Assembly (NCBI GenBank): GCA_025999155.1
Contig: AP026679.1
Coordinates: forward strand, 602,561 to 666,560
DNA from: Candidatus Dojkabacteria bacterium
Lineage (GTDB): Bacteria > Patescibacteriota > Dojkabacteria > JAOAGR01
Direction of reading: 5' to 3'
Length of the DNA: 64,000 bases
The notes under the pieces are model-generated. The model searched no databases. It was not told where the DNA came from and worked only from the letters and a program-made list of their open reading frames with translations. The position numbers were made by a program, and so were the translations under genes. Numbering within the stretch: the stretch's first letter is position 1; each line of letters opens with the position of its first letter. This document shows positions 9,887-19,040 of this stretch, in pieces.

Positions 9887-12022
9887 TTGGTATCTTATAA
9901 TGTAATATCAGTTATGTATAATCAAAAGTTTGTTTACGAGTTTGTCTTGGATGGAGTGCCTTTCCGTATTGAATCAGGGGAATTTGGTCTTTTAAGTCAT
10001 GTAGCTTTCTTAATTAGTTATGGTAATACTTCTGTCTATATTACAATCAATGTTGGCAAGCATAGTTCTGAGCTAGATTTTCTTCCATTAACCATAGAAT
10101 ATTCCGAGAAGTTGTACGCTGGCGGAATCATCTCATCTTCTCCCTATATTAAAAGGGAGGGGAAACCAACAGAAAGTGAAATATTGAAGGGGCGTTTGCT
10201 AGATCATGCGATTAGGTCGCTTTTTGATGATCGGTTCAAAATAGAGACTCAGATAATAGTACAAGTTTTTGCCTATGACAAAGTCAATGATCCATTGTAT
10301 GCGGCCCTTGTCGGTTTGAGTTTTGCTTTGATGTATTCGGGATTACCATTTTTAGGTCCTTATGGTGCTACAAAAGTCGGATATATTGATGGACAGATAG
10401 TATTAAACCCAAATTTAGAGCAAATGAATGCATCTCTTCTTGAGATGTTTGTATCGAGTGTAGAAAAAGGCGTTGTTTCTATAGAAGCAGATGCGAATGA
10501 TTTATCTGATAATATAATCAAAAATGCTATTGAGCGGGCCGTGCAACACAATCGATTGTTGATTGAAGAGCAGTACAACTTTATAAACAAGTATGGTCGA
10601 AAAAATTTTGCCTTTGTACAAGATGAACAAAAAGAATCTCTTTTAAATCAATTACATCAAGAAATCCTGCAAGTTTCTCAATCTGATATTGAAGATGCAC
10701 TTTATTTAGAAACGAAGGCTGCTAGAACAAAGGCTATTGAAGATATCAAATTCTCTCTTTTGGTAAAGTATAAAGATCAAATTGAGAATGGAGTATACAG
10801 AGAGGACGATATTAGCCAAACCTTAGAAAAAATATTTAAAAAAACATTTCGTTCAAATTTGTTAAGATTTGGTCGACGTTTTGATAATCGTAAGTTAGAT
10901 GAAGTACGTCCTCTTTCAATGAGAGTCGGTGTATTGCCTGGAGTACATGGATCTGCTTTATTTACAAGGGGCGAAACTCAAAGTTTGTCTATTGTTACTT
11001 TAGGCACGGACCGGGATGAGTTAATGTTTCAAGGTTTAGAGGGAGATTCCTCAAAAAGATATTTTCATCATTATAATATGCCTGGATATGCTAATGGGGA
11101 GATCGATAGAAAATTTGGCATGCCAAACCGTCGCGCCATTGGTCATGGAGCAATCGGAGAGAAAGCTTTAGATCCCGTTTTACCGTCCGAAGATGAATTT
11201 CCGTACACAATAAGAGTAGTATCGGAAATACTTACATCAAATGGATCTACATCTATGGCTGCCACTTGTGCATCAAGTTTAGCATTGATGGATGCAGGTG
11301 TGCCAATTAAAAAAGCCATTGGTGGTGTTGGACTTGGTCTAGTACTGGAAGAGGATACCGGTGAATATAGGATATTAACTGATATTATGGGAATGGAAGA
11401 TTTTTATGGTGATATGGATTTTAAAATTGCTGGGTCAAGAGATGGTATCACTGCTATCCAGTTAGATAATAAAAAGGCAGGAATTCCATTAGAGATAATT
11501 CTTGAGTCTATTGATAGGTCGAAATTGGCAAGATTGTTTATTTTGGATGAAATGGAGAAGTGTCTAGCATCTCCTAGAGCTCATTTGTCTCATAATGCTC
11601 CAAGAGTAAGGATAATAAAGATTAGTCCTGATAAAATAGGGGAATTAATAGGTTCTGGTGGTAAAACTATAAAGTCAATAATAGAGAAAAACAATGTAGA
11701 GATAAGTATTGAGGAAGATGGCCTAGTCAAAATATATTCTAGTAATGAACAAAGTTGTAACAATGCTGTTACTATGATTTATGGCGTTTTACAGGACTTA
11801 GAGCCTGGTATGGAAATGGACGCAAGGATTGTAAGGATAGAAAATTACGGTGCCTTTGTAGAAATTCTAAACACAAAGATCCAGGGGCTGATACATATTT
11901 CGAACCTTGGTTTAAAAAGGACTGAGAGCATACGAGATAACTTCAAAGTGGGTCAGGTCGTTTTGGTGAAATTTTTAGGATGCGATGAAAAAGGTCGTAA
12001 CAAGTTTGCTTTAGCTAAATAA
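9887..12022 (+). CDS. pnp: Polyribonucleotide nucleotidyltransferase (true start probably ATG 9914)
   Basis: HGSALFTRGETQ, RRAIGHG, SNGSTSMA, GDMDFKIAG, KH (IGSGGKTI) and S1 domains. Confidence 0.96.
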   Translation: MVSYNVISVMYNQKFVYEFVLDGVPFRIESGEFGLLSHVAFLISYGNTSVYITINVGKHSSELDFLPLTIEYSEKLYAGGIISSSPYIKREGKPTESEILKGRLLDHAIRSLFDDRFKIETQIIVQVFAYDKVNDPLYAALVGLSFALMYSGLPFLGPYGATKVGYIDGQIVLNPNLEQMNASLLEMFVSSVEKGVVSIEADANDLSDNIIKNAIERAVQHNRLLIEEQYNFINKYGRKNFAFVQDEQKESLLNQLHQEILQVSQSDIEDALYLETKAARTKAIEDIKFSLLVKYKDQIENGVYREDDISQTLEKIFKKTFRSNLLRFGRRFDNRKLDEVRPLSMRVGVLPGVHGSALFTRGETQSLSIVTLGTDRDELMFQGLEGDSSKRYFHHYNMPGYANGEIDRKFGMPNRRAIGHGAIGEKALDPVLPSEDEFPYTIRVVSEILTSNGSTSMAATCASSLALMDAGVPIKKAIGGVGLGLVLEEDTGEYRILTDIMGMEDFYGDMDFKIAGSRDGITAIQLDNKKAGIPLEIILESIDRSKLARLFILDEMEKCLASPRAHLSHNAPRVRIIKISPDKIGELIGSGGKTIKSIIEKNNVEISIEEDGLVKIYSSNEQSCNNAVTMIYGVLQDLEPGMEMDARIVRIENYGAFVEILNTKIQGLIHISNLGLKRTESIRDNFKVGQVVLVKFLGCDEKGRNKFALAK

Positions 12023-12051
12023 ATGATTATAATTAAGCTAATTGTTAGATT

Positions 12052-12477
12052 ATGGAGACCATAATGCGATTAAATGCATATCTTGCTAAATTTTCGAAGT
12101 TTATATTTGCTATATTTTTGCTGTTTTTATTCATTATTAATTTTATAAGTGTTCCTGCTGTTGCTAAATGTCCGGAAAATGTTGTGCCGAATCCGCTAGA
12201 TCCTAACTGTCAATTACAGCAACCCATCACTCTGGGCATGATTTTGAATCGAATCACTCCATTTATCCCAATTGCGGCAACAATTGCTGCAGTGTTCATG
12301 TTGATTGCAGGGGCGTTCGTGATGTTGACGTCTCAAAATGAGGAGGGACGACGTAAAGCGATACAGTTCTGGATTAATGCCGCCATTGGTCTGGTGCTTT
12401 TATTCTCGATATGGCTCATTTTATTTCTCATCTCGATATTTACTGGTGTGGATTTATTAAGTGCTGTAGGACAATGA
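12052..12477 (+). CDS. VirB2/TrbC-like pilin (CPR type)
   Basis: Signal-like N-terminus, Cys pair, TM-(MLTSQNEEGRRKA..WINAAIGL)-TM. Confidence 0.65.
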   Translation: METIMRLNAYLAKFSKFIFAIFLLFLFIINFISVPAVAKCPENVVPNPLDPNCQLQQPITLGMILNRITPFIPIAATIAAVFMLIAGAFVMLTSQNEEGRRKAIQFWINAAIGLVLLFSIWLILFLISIFTGVDLLSAVGQ

Positions 12478-13118
12478 GATTATTATTCATCAGAAAGTTC
12501 AAACGGTATTTATCTCTTATATTCGTTTTTATTTTATCTGTTTGTTTTTTCTATTTTATTTCGGTGCATGTTTTTCAATCAAATGTTTTCGTACTGTTTG
12601 CTCCATCGCCAGTCTCCGCAGAGTCACGTTTGGAATGTCATGATCCTGCTTCCGATGTGTATGATTCTGCAGAATGCGTAAGGGTTAGGTTAGGTCTACA
12701 AGAGATTAAGACAGAGTCATTTCTTATACCCAGAAATCCGAATGACATCATTACATTAGTTTTTATTGTTGTGTTGGCGATTGCTTTCATGGTTTCAGTA
12801 TTTAGGGCTATACTAATAAGTATGAAGTTCTCTGCAGCTGGGGATAATGTGGAAAAGAGACAGGAAGCTCTAAAACAACTCGTGGCATCCCTAATTGCGG
12901 TGGCTGTGTCTTTTTCTGCTTTAGGTATAACTACGTTTATTGTAGTAGATTTACTAGGAGGTACGGTTAATAATACATTAGTTGATTGTGATAACTTACC
13001 AGCGAATGCCTCACAGGAATTAAAAGATAAGTGCAATTTATATATAAATAATGTAATTCCTACGCAAGATAGTGATCCTGGAAGGAGGCCTGTGGGTCCC
13101 ACTATGAGGGCAGAATAG
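12474..13118 (+). CDS. VirB2/TrbC-like pilin (CPR type)
   Basis: ATGA overlap with previous stop; TM-(SAAGDNVEKRQEALKQLVASL)-TM; Cys pairs on both sides. Confidence 0.6.
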   Translation: MRLLFIRKFKRYLSLIFVFILSVCFFYFISVHVFQSNVFVLFAPSPVSAESRLECHDPASDVYDSAECVRVRLGLQEIKTESFLIPRNPNDIITLVFIVVLAIAFMVSVFRAILISMKFSAAGDNVEKRQEALKQLVASLIAVAVSFSALGITTFIVVDLLGGTVNNTLVDCDNLPANASQELKDKCNLYINNVIPTQDSDPGRRPVGPTMRAE

Positions 13119-13171
13119 TTTTTTGTGATGAGTAGTATGGCTGTATAGGTTGCAAGTATACAAAAGTTGTA

Positions 13172-13801
13172 ATGTATGCTACAATTGTTTTGTACATTTA
13201 TATTATATTTATATTGATAGCTATGAAAATAGAATATACTAAAAATATTTCAGCAAAGATGGCTGTTCTGATATTTTTCCTTGCTGTGTTTGCTGTGGTG
13301 TTTTCGCTTAGCACCGTGGCGTATGCTCAGAATGCCAACAATAGTTGTGGTTCTGATCCATTAAGTGCTGCTTTCGGGTGTAACAGCATTATTAATAGTG
13401 GTAGAGGTATAGATATAGGTAGTATAATCACAATATTCTTTAGAGGTCTTTTAATTGCTTCTGGGGTATGGACTGTATGGCATTTTGCTCTTGCTGGCTT
13501 TAAGATTGGTGGTGCAAAAGAAGACGCTACAAAGAGGCAGGAAGGAATAAAGGCTGCTGTAAATGCCGTTTTAGGTCTTGTTGTCGCGCTGTTATCTTTT
13601 GGGGCGACTTCGCTTATTGCAGGTGCCGTAGGAGGAAGTGCGGCTATTTCTGCTGTAGGAACGCCGTGTACTGCTGTAGATGACCAAACTCAATTATTAT
13701 TTACAGGATTTATGGAGCAGGAGGGAGGATCTGTGTATTGTGTTTTGAGGGATGCACAAGGTAACCAACTCCGTAGGGGCCCTGTTACTTCAAGGACATA
13801 A
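13172..13801 (+). CDS. VirB2/TrbC-like pilin (start probably 13223)
   Basis: Signal peptide ending VAYA; TM-(GGAKEDATKRQEGIKAAVNAVLGL)-TM; Cys pairs. Confidence 0.6.
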   Translation: MYATIVLYIYIIFILIAMKIEYTKNISAKMAVLIFFLAVFAVVFSLSTVAYAQNANNSCGSDPLSAAFGCNSIINSGRGIDIGSIITIFFRGLLIASGVWTVWHFALAGFKIGGAKEDATKRQEGIKAAVNAVLGLVVALLSFGATSLIAGAVGGSAAISAVGTPCTAVDDQTQLLFTGFMEQEGGSVYCVLRDAQGNQLRRGPVTSRT

Positions 13802-13905
13802 CGTGGTTATATAATTGACCAACAAACCGTCTGGTCATATTGTCTTTTATCGCTGCGATTTCGTGTCAATTTGTGTTTTATGGCCCGCTAATGCCGGATT
13901 GATTA

Positions 13906-13982
13906 GAGCCATTAGCTCAGTTGGTTAGAGCACGGTTCTTATAAAGCCGGGGTCGCTGGTTCAAGCCCAGCATGGCTCACCA
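13906..13982 (+). tRNA. tRNA-Ile(TAT)
   Basis: Acceptor GAGCCAT/ATGGCTC, D-arm GCTC/GAGC, anticodon arm CGGTT-CTTATAA-AGCCG, T-arm GCTGG-TTCAAGC-CCAGC, ACCA end. Confidence 0.92.
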
Positions 13983-14025
13983 CTTGTGTTTATATATTTT
14001 GTAGACTATTTTCAGGGTTTGACAA

Positions 14026-14205
14026 ATTGATTGGAAGATCAACGTAGAAAGTCTAGCATTTAATGGTGAAGGTCATGCACGTCATTTACCAAAAATTCAA
14101 TATCTGATATATCAAAAGATGGGTCGGTGTAAAGGAATACTGGTTCAAGGAGAGTGGAACCGAGGTAACACGCCTCTCTACCATTGCTTGGTAGGGGGGT
14201 TTTTT
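14026..14205 (+). ncRNA. T-box riboswitch leader of thrS
   Basis: T-box GAGAG-TGGAACC (14150-14161) able to pair with downstream CTCTC; overlapping terminator; upstream AGAAAG and GGTGAA Stem I-like motifs; candidate ACC (Thr) specifier at 14088-14090. Confidence 0.75.
14173..14205 (+). terminator. Intrinsic terminator of the T-box attenuator
   Basis: CCTCTCTACCA-ttgct-TGGTAGGGGGG followed by T6. Confidence 0.8.
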
Positions 14206-14264
14206 ATTTTATAAAAGATTTGTAGAATCTAATTATTAGAACACACAGAATAATTCAAATAGCT

Positions 14265-16013
14265 ATGAACGAGCAAAACCAAATATACAAAATTCGACAT
14301 TCGCTGGCACATGTGCTAGCTCAAGCTGTACAACATTTGTATAGTAATGTGAAATTAGGTATCGGTCCTGTAATTGAAAACGGGTTTTATTACGATTTTA
14401 TATTTGAAGAACCGATCAATGAAGAAGCTCTGCCAAAATTAGAAGATGAAATGCGCAAAATAATTACGAAGAACTACAATTTTGAGAAGAGTATAATGAA
14501 AAAAAGTGAGGCTGTAGAGATGCTGTATAGGGTCAATCAGCCGTTTAAAGCTGAATTAGCAAATGAAATTCAAGATGATGAGGTGAGCTTTTATACGGAC
14601 GGTGATTTTATGGACTTATGCAAGGGGCCTCATGTATCTAATACTTCTGAAATTAATCCGGATGCTTTCAAATTAACCAGTATTGCTGGCGCGTACTGGC
14701 GTGGTGATGAAAAAAGACCTATGATGCAAAGAATTTATGGTGTTGCTTTTGAAACAAAAGAAGAGTTAGATGAATATTTAAGAGTGCAAGAAGAAGCAAA
14801 AAAACGTGATCATCGTAAATTAGGTAAACAACTTGAACTATTCACTTTTTCTGATTTGGTTGGCCCAGGACTGCCTTTATTTACTCCTAGAGGTACGTAT
14901 ATAAGAGATCAGTTAATAGCTTTTTCGGAGCAATTACAGCAAGAAGCTGGTTTTGAGCGAGTTTGCATTCCGCATTTAGCAAAAAGTGATTTGTATAAAG
15001 TATCTGGACATTGGGATAAATATAAAGAAAATTTATTTCATGTACACAGTAATCAGTCCGACGACGAATTTGTCATAAGACCGATGAATTGTCCTCATCA
15101 TGCTCAAATTTATGCCTCTGCTAAAAGGAGCTATCGCGATTTACCTATCCGTTATCTTGAATCTACTACGTGTTATAGAGACGAAAAAACCGGCGAATTG
15201 TTAGGTCTTTCTAGGGTCCGTTCTTTGACACAGGATGATGCGCATATTTTTTGTAGAGATGATCAGGTCAAGGATGAATTGATTATGGTATTAGGGTTGG
15301 TACGCAAGCTATATCAAGCTTTAGGTATGAATTTTCGTGCTCGATTATCTTTTCGGGATCCAAATACGCCAGAAAAATATTTAGGTACTGATGAAGAATG
15401 GCAGCGGACACAAGATTTGTTAAAGGATGCTGTTGAAGAAGCTGGGCTGGAGTATTACATTGCTGAAGGTGAGGCTGCCTTTTATGGGCCAAAAATTGAT
15501 ATAATGGTCAAAGACGCTTTGGGTAGAGAGTGGCAGTGTGCTACTCAACAAGTTGATTATTTTCAGCCACAAAGATTCGGATTGACATATACAGATTCTG
15601 ATGGCAAAGAAAAACCTGTGGTGATGATTCATAAAGCACTCTTAGGATCAGTTGAACGTTTTATGTCTGTTTATATAGAGCACACTGCAGGTAATTTTCC
15701 TTTGTGGTTGTGTTATGAAAAGGCTGTTGTTATACCGGTTTCAAATGAGAAGCATGTTGAATACGCTCATAAGGTTGCCAAACAATTAAATAATATGGGA
15801 TTGCGTTCTTATGCGGATGATGGGAACGAGACTATGGCAAATAAAATACGTAAGGCTCAATTGACTAAGATTCCTTATATGTTAATTGTAGGAGATAAAG
15901 AACAAGACAATGATGCGGTATCTGTAAGATTGCGGAATGGTATAAATTTAGGTCTGATGTCAATAGATGAATTAGCGGAGAGAATGCGAAACGAGATAGC
16001 CAATAAAGTATGA
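14265..16013 (+). CDS. thrS: Threonine--tRNA ligase (no N-terminal TGS domain)
   Basis: RHSLAH, DLCKGPHV, RDHRKLG, RPMNCPHH, AFYGPKID, HKALLGSVERF. Confidence 0.97.
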   Translation: MNEQNQIYKIRHSLAHVLAQAVQHLYSNVKLGIGPVIENGFYYDFIFEEPINEEALPKLEDEMRKIITKNYNFEKSIMKKSEAVEMLYRVNQPFKAELANEIQDDEVSFYTDGDFMDLCKGPHVSNTSEINPDAFKLTSIAGAYWRGDEKRPMMQRIYGVAFETKEELDEYLRVQEEAKKRDHRKLGKQLELFTFSDLVGPGLPLFTPRGTYIRDQLIAFSEQLQQEAGFERVCIPHLAKSDLYKVSGHWDKYKENLFHVHSNQSDDEFVIRPMNCPHHAQIYASAKRSYRDLPIRYLESTTCYRDEKTGELLGLSRVRSLTQDDAHIFCRDDQVKDELIMVLGLVRKLYQALGMNFRARLSFRDPNTPEKYLGTDEEWQRTQDLLKDAVEEAGLEYYIAEGEAAFYGPKIDIMVKDALGREWQCATQQVDYFQPQRFGLTYTDSDGKEKPVVMIHKALLGSVERFMSVYIEHTAGNFPLWLCYEKAVVIPVSNEKHVEYAHKVAKQLNNMGLRSYADDGNETMANKIRKAQLTKIPYMLIVGDKEQDNDAVSVRLRNGINLGLMSIDELAERMRNEIANKV

Positions 16014-17053
16014 AATTTTTGCTACAAACTCAGATAGGAGTTGAAAAGATCACGGTACGAGAGTTACTAAGTAAGATCAGGAGTACTTATAGTATAGATT
16101 TTTTGGGATTTGTACCACACAAAAATGGTATTGTGCAGATTGATTGGCGTGATAAGAGCCGTTTTGAGTATCAAAATCTAGGAACGGTCGAAGATGTATT
16201 TTTTGTAGTAAATTATGTAAAAAATATCCCGTATAGCATCCAAGCTAAAGATATTGTCAAGTTTATTGATTCTAGAGGACTAAGAAGCAATATTGACTAT
16301 TTTTTTGATGTGTTGAACCCTTTCTCGAGCGATAAAAAATTTAGATTTATAGTGAGAAAAAAGTCCCCTCACAGTTTCCGACGTATTGACTTACAAGAGG
16401 TAATTAAGACACTTTTTAATAAAAATATTAAAAGAGTTCAAGTTACTGCAGAAGAGGGAGTGAAAGAGATTTGGGTTACGTTGTTAAAAAATCGCTTAAT
16501 AATAGCAATAAGACTTACTACTAAGATACAAAGACAGGGAAAATATAAGACACAAGGCATTCCTGGTGCATTACGTCCTACTGTAGCGTATGCTATGAAT
16601 TTTATAAGCGAAATACGTTCGAATGACGTAGTTTGGGATCCATTTTGTGGGTCTGGTACTATCCCCTGTGAGATGGTAGAACATTTTAAATTTAAAAGAT
16701 TGATATGCTCTGACGTTTCTGAAAATGCTTTATTCATTACGAAATCTAATCTAGAAAATGTAGAAAACTATAAAAGAGTAAAAAGTAAAGTCTCACTACG
16801 TGTAGAAAATTTTTTTGCGTCAAAAAGTTATTCGGACTTAATTATTACGAATTTGCCTTTTGGAATACAACATGGCAGAGATGAGGATTTCGTTCGGCGG
16901 TTTATTGATAAAATACAAAGTATTAAAAATCTTCGGCAAATTACTGTTTTATTTCCAGAATTAATCAATATCTCAGGTTGGCAACGTACAAGTAAATTTC
17001 ATTTACAGGTGAAAGGTAGACATTGCATATTGCAAGTTTTAAGAAAATTATAG
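16010..17053 (+). CDS. THUMP/UPF0020-type RNA (m2G) methyltransferase
   Basis: ALRPTVAYAM, DPFCGSGTI (SAM binding), ITNLPFG; ATGA overlap with thrS. Confidence 0.75.
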   Translation: MKFLLQTQIGVEKITVRELLSKIRSTYSIDFLGFVPHKNGIVQIDWRDKSRFEYQNLGTVEDVFFVVNYVKNIPYSIQAKDIVKFIDSRGLRSNIDYFFDVLNPFSSDKKFRFIVRKKSPHSFRRIDLQEVIKTLFNKNIKRVQVTAEEGVKEIWVTLLKNRLIIAIRLTTKIQRQGKYKTQGIPGALRPTVAYAMNFISEIRSNDVVWDPFCGSGTIPCEMVEHFKFKRLICSDVSENALFITKSNLENVENYKRVKSKVSLRVENFFASKSYSDLIITNLPFGIQHGRDEDFVRRFIDKIQSIKNLRQITVLFPELINISGWQRTSKFHLQVKGRHCILQVLRKL

Positions 17054-17200
17054 GTTTGTTCACAAAAGCGTTGATATTTGAAGAATCAATACGTTTTTTA
17101 TTGAATATCACAATCACATTATCTTAGCCTTATCAATACTGAATTTATATAGTATACTCCTAATGGGAATCCTGCCGTATTAGTAAAATAGTCACACGGA

Positions 17201-17293
17201 GGAGAGGTACCCAAGTGGCTGAAGGGGCGGGTTTGCTAAACCTGTAGTAGGGAGAAATCCCTAGCGAGGGTTCGAATCCCTCTCTCTCCGCCA
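17201..17293 (+). tRNA. tRNA-Ser(GCT)
   Basis: GGAGAGG/TCTCTCC acceptor, CGGGT-TTGCTAA-ACCTG anticodon arm, long variable arm TAGGGA/TCCCTA, GCCA end. Confidence 0.96.
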
Positions 17294-17405
17294 GTTTAAA
17301 TATGTTGATGCAGTTTATTGATGCTTGTTTTTGGTTGATTTAAAGTTTTGATTGTAAGTTTGTGTTGAGGAATTTTTGTTGTGCTATTTACTATAAAATT
17401 CTCGT

Positions 17406-18121
17406 TTATCTCAGCAAATCCATAAAATTTTCTCTTAGCACGTGGAGATTTTCATCTATAAATAAACCTAGGTCTTTGGACTCTATAAAAGAAGGGTATA
17501 TGTTCATTAGTGATACGAGTATTACGTGCATCTAATATACCTATCAATTGAAAATTTAAATTTGTACGTAATAAATCCTGATAAACAAAAATAATATCGT
17601 CACGCACTATTTTAATATATTCGTCTCTAGTAATCTCGTGAGGTACTAATGGAACTTAGGCTTATTGACAATACTAATTCTTCAATACACGTAAAAGGAT
17701 ATAAATAGGAATGATGCTGTATGCATTGCCGCTTTAGTCAAGATTAATTGACAGTCTGCATCAAAGAATGTTTTATTGAGATAAAAAATGTCAAAAGTAT
17801 TTGTCACCGTCTTTCGGTACATTTCTACTGCCTCCTGATTTTGTGAATCGATGTAGATGTGTTGTACACCAATAGATCTTTGAAAAAATCATAAGTGTTC
17901 GAGCAGGTAAATTGCCCTCCGAAGAATCTTTGAATCTTTTTTCGTAAATATTAATCTGACAATCAAAGTGATCCTTACAAAGTCTGAGTATTTTGAGAAG
18001 CAGGGAATGATCAGAATTATTCTTATTCTCGAGATGTAAGAGTACATAAAACTGAAATGCTTTTTATGCGTTTGTGCTGAAGTATTGAATTCAGCCGATT
18101 CAATACTCGGTCGACCGTCAT
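17406..18121 (-). CDS. Hypothetical protein, frameshifted; 3' end uncertain
   Basis: ATG at 18121 overlaps the upstream stop (ATGA); protein-like segments continue across frames (MTVDRVLNRL..., ...GVQHIYIDSQNQEAV..., ...LIGILDARNTRI...). Confidence 0.45.
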
Positions 18122-18903
18122 GAAATCACAAAATCTAATATGGATCTAGTATAGATTGTTTTTGGCTTTCATCCATTAATTCCGCAATCTTTTTCTGCTT
18201 GTAACTTTTGTAGGCCCTCAAAGGTCCGTAATTTAGGTATTACTCACGTAGTGTTTTCCCATCTAGATTAAACGACTTCAAGTAGATCTTTTAAATCCTC
18301 CTCGTTGAAATTAATGCCTTGAGTATTGTTTATTACCAGTAAGCGATGTTTAGTAGCTTCCCAGAATATCCGCTAAATCATTGATCTCCTTAGCTACCAT
18401 CAGGTATTCCGATGTCGGCCATGCGACTACTATAAGTCTATCATTGTCATTTCCGTACACACTACGGTTAATATGCTCAACACCAGCTTCCCGATCTATG
18501 AGAATATAGTCATATTCCTGAGTCTTATTTAGGTGTCTCAGCATATAATTGAGTGCATTATTATAAGAACATAAGCAAGAGTTTTTTTCATGATGGCCCA
18601 TAAATCCATAATCGAATCTTGTTCCGTTATAACTCAAGTGTTGCAATATGATGTGTTTTAGATGAATTGAAAAAGCTTTCAGAATATTCATCCCAGTTTT
18701 GGGGTACTAAATTATCTAGCTTTCCTATTGGTTGAATATCAGGACTGTCGATTCCCATTGACTGCAACAAATTGGCTGATGGGTCGGCATCGATAACTAA
18801 GCACCTTTTTATCGGTCGATCCTTGCAAGATGAAATGTAAGGCTAGGGAAAATATCGTGGTCTTTCCCGCGCCACCTTTGCCGGAAAAAATTATTCTTCT
18901 CAT
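18118..18903 (-). CDS. CooC/AcsF-like nickel-chaperone ATPase (MinD/ParA superfamily), frameshifted
   Basis: MRRIIFSGKGGAGKTT deviant Walker A, LVIDADP, SCLCSYN (CxC), ILIDREAGVEHINR. Confidence 0.75.
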
Positions 18904-19040
18904 CTTTACTCTAATATTAACACATTATTCTCAGATTGTAAATGTATTTGCGCGTTTATAAATTTATAACTTATGCTAAACGATCTCTTACTTAAGAATT
19001 CTATTTATTCACAAATTGCTGATTCAAAATGTTGTATCAC

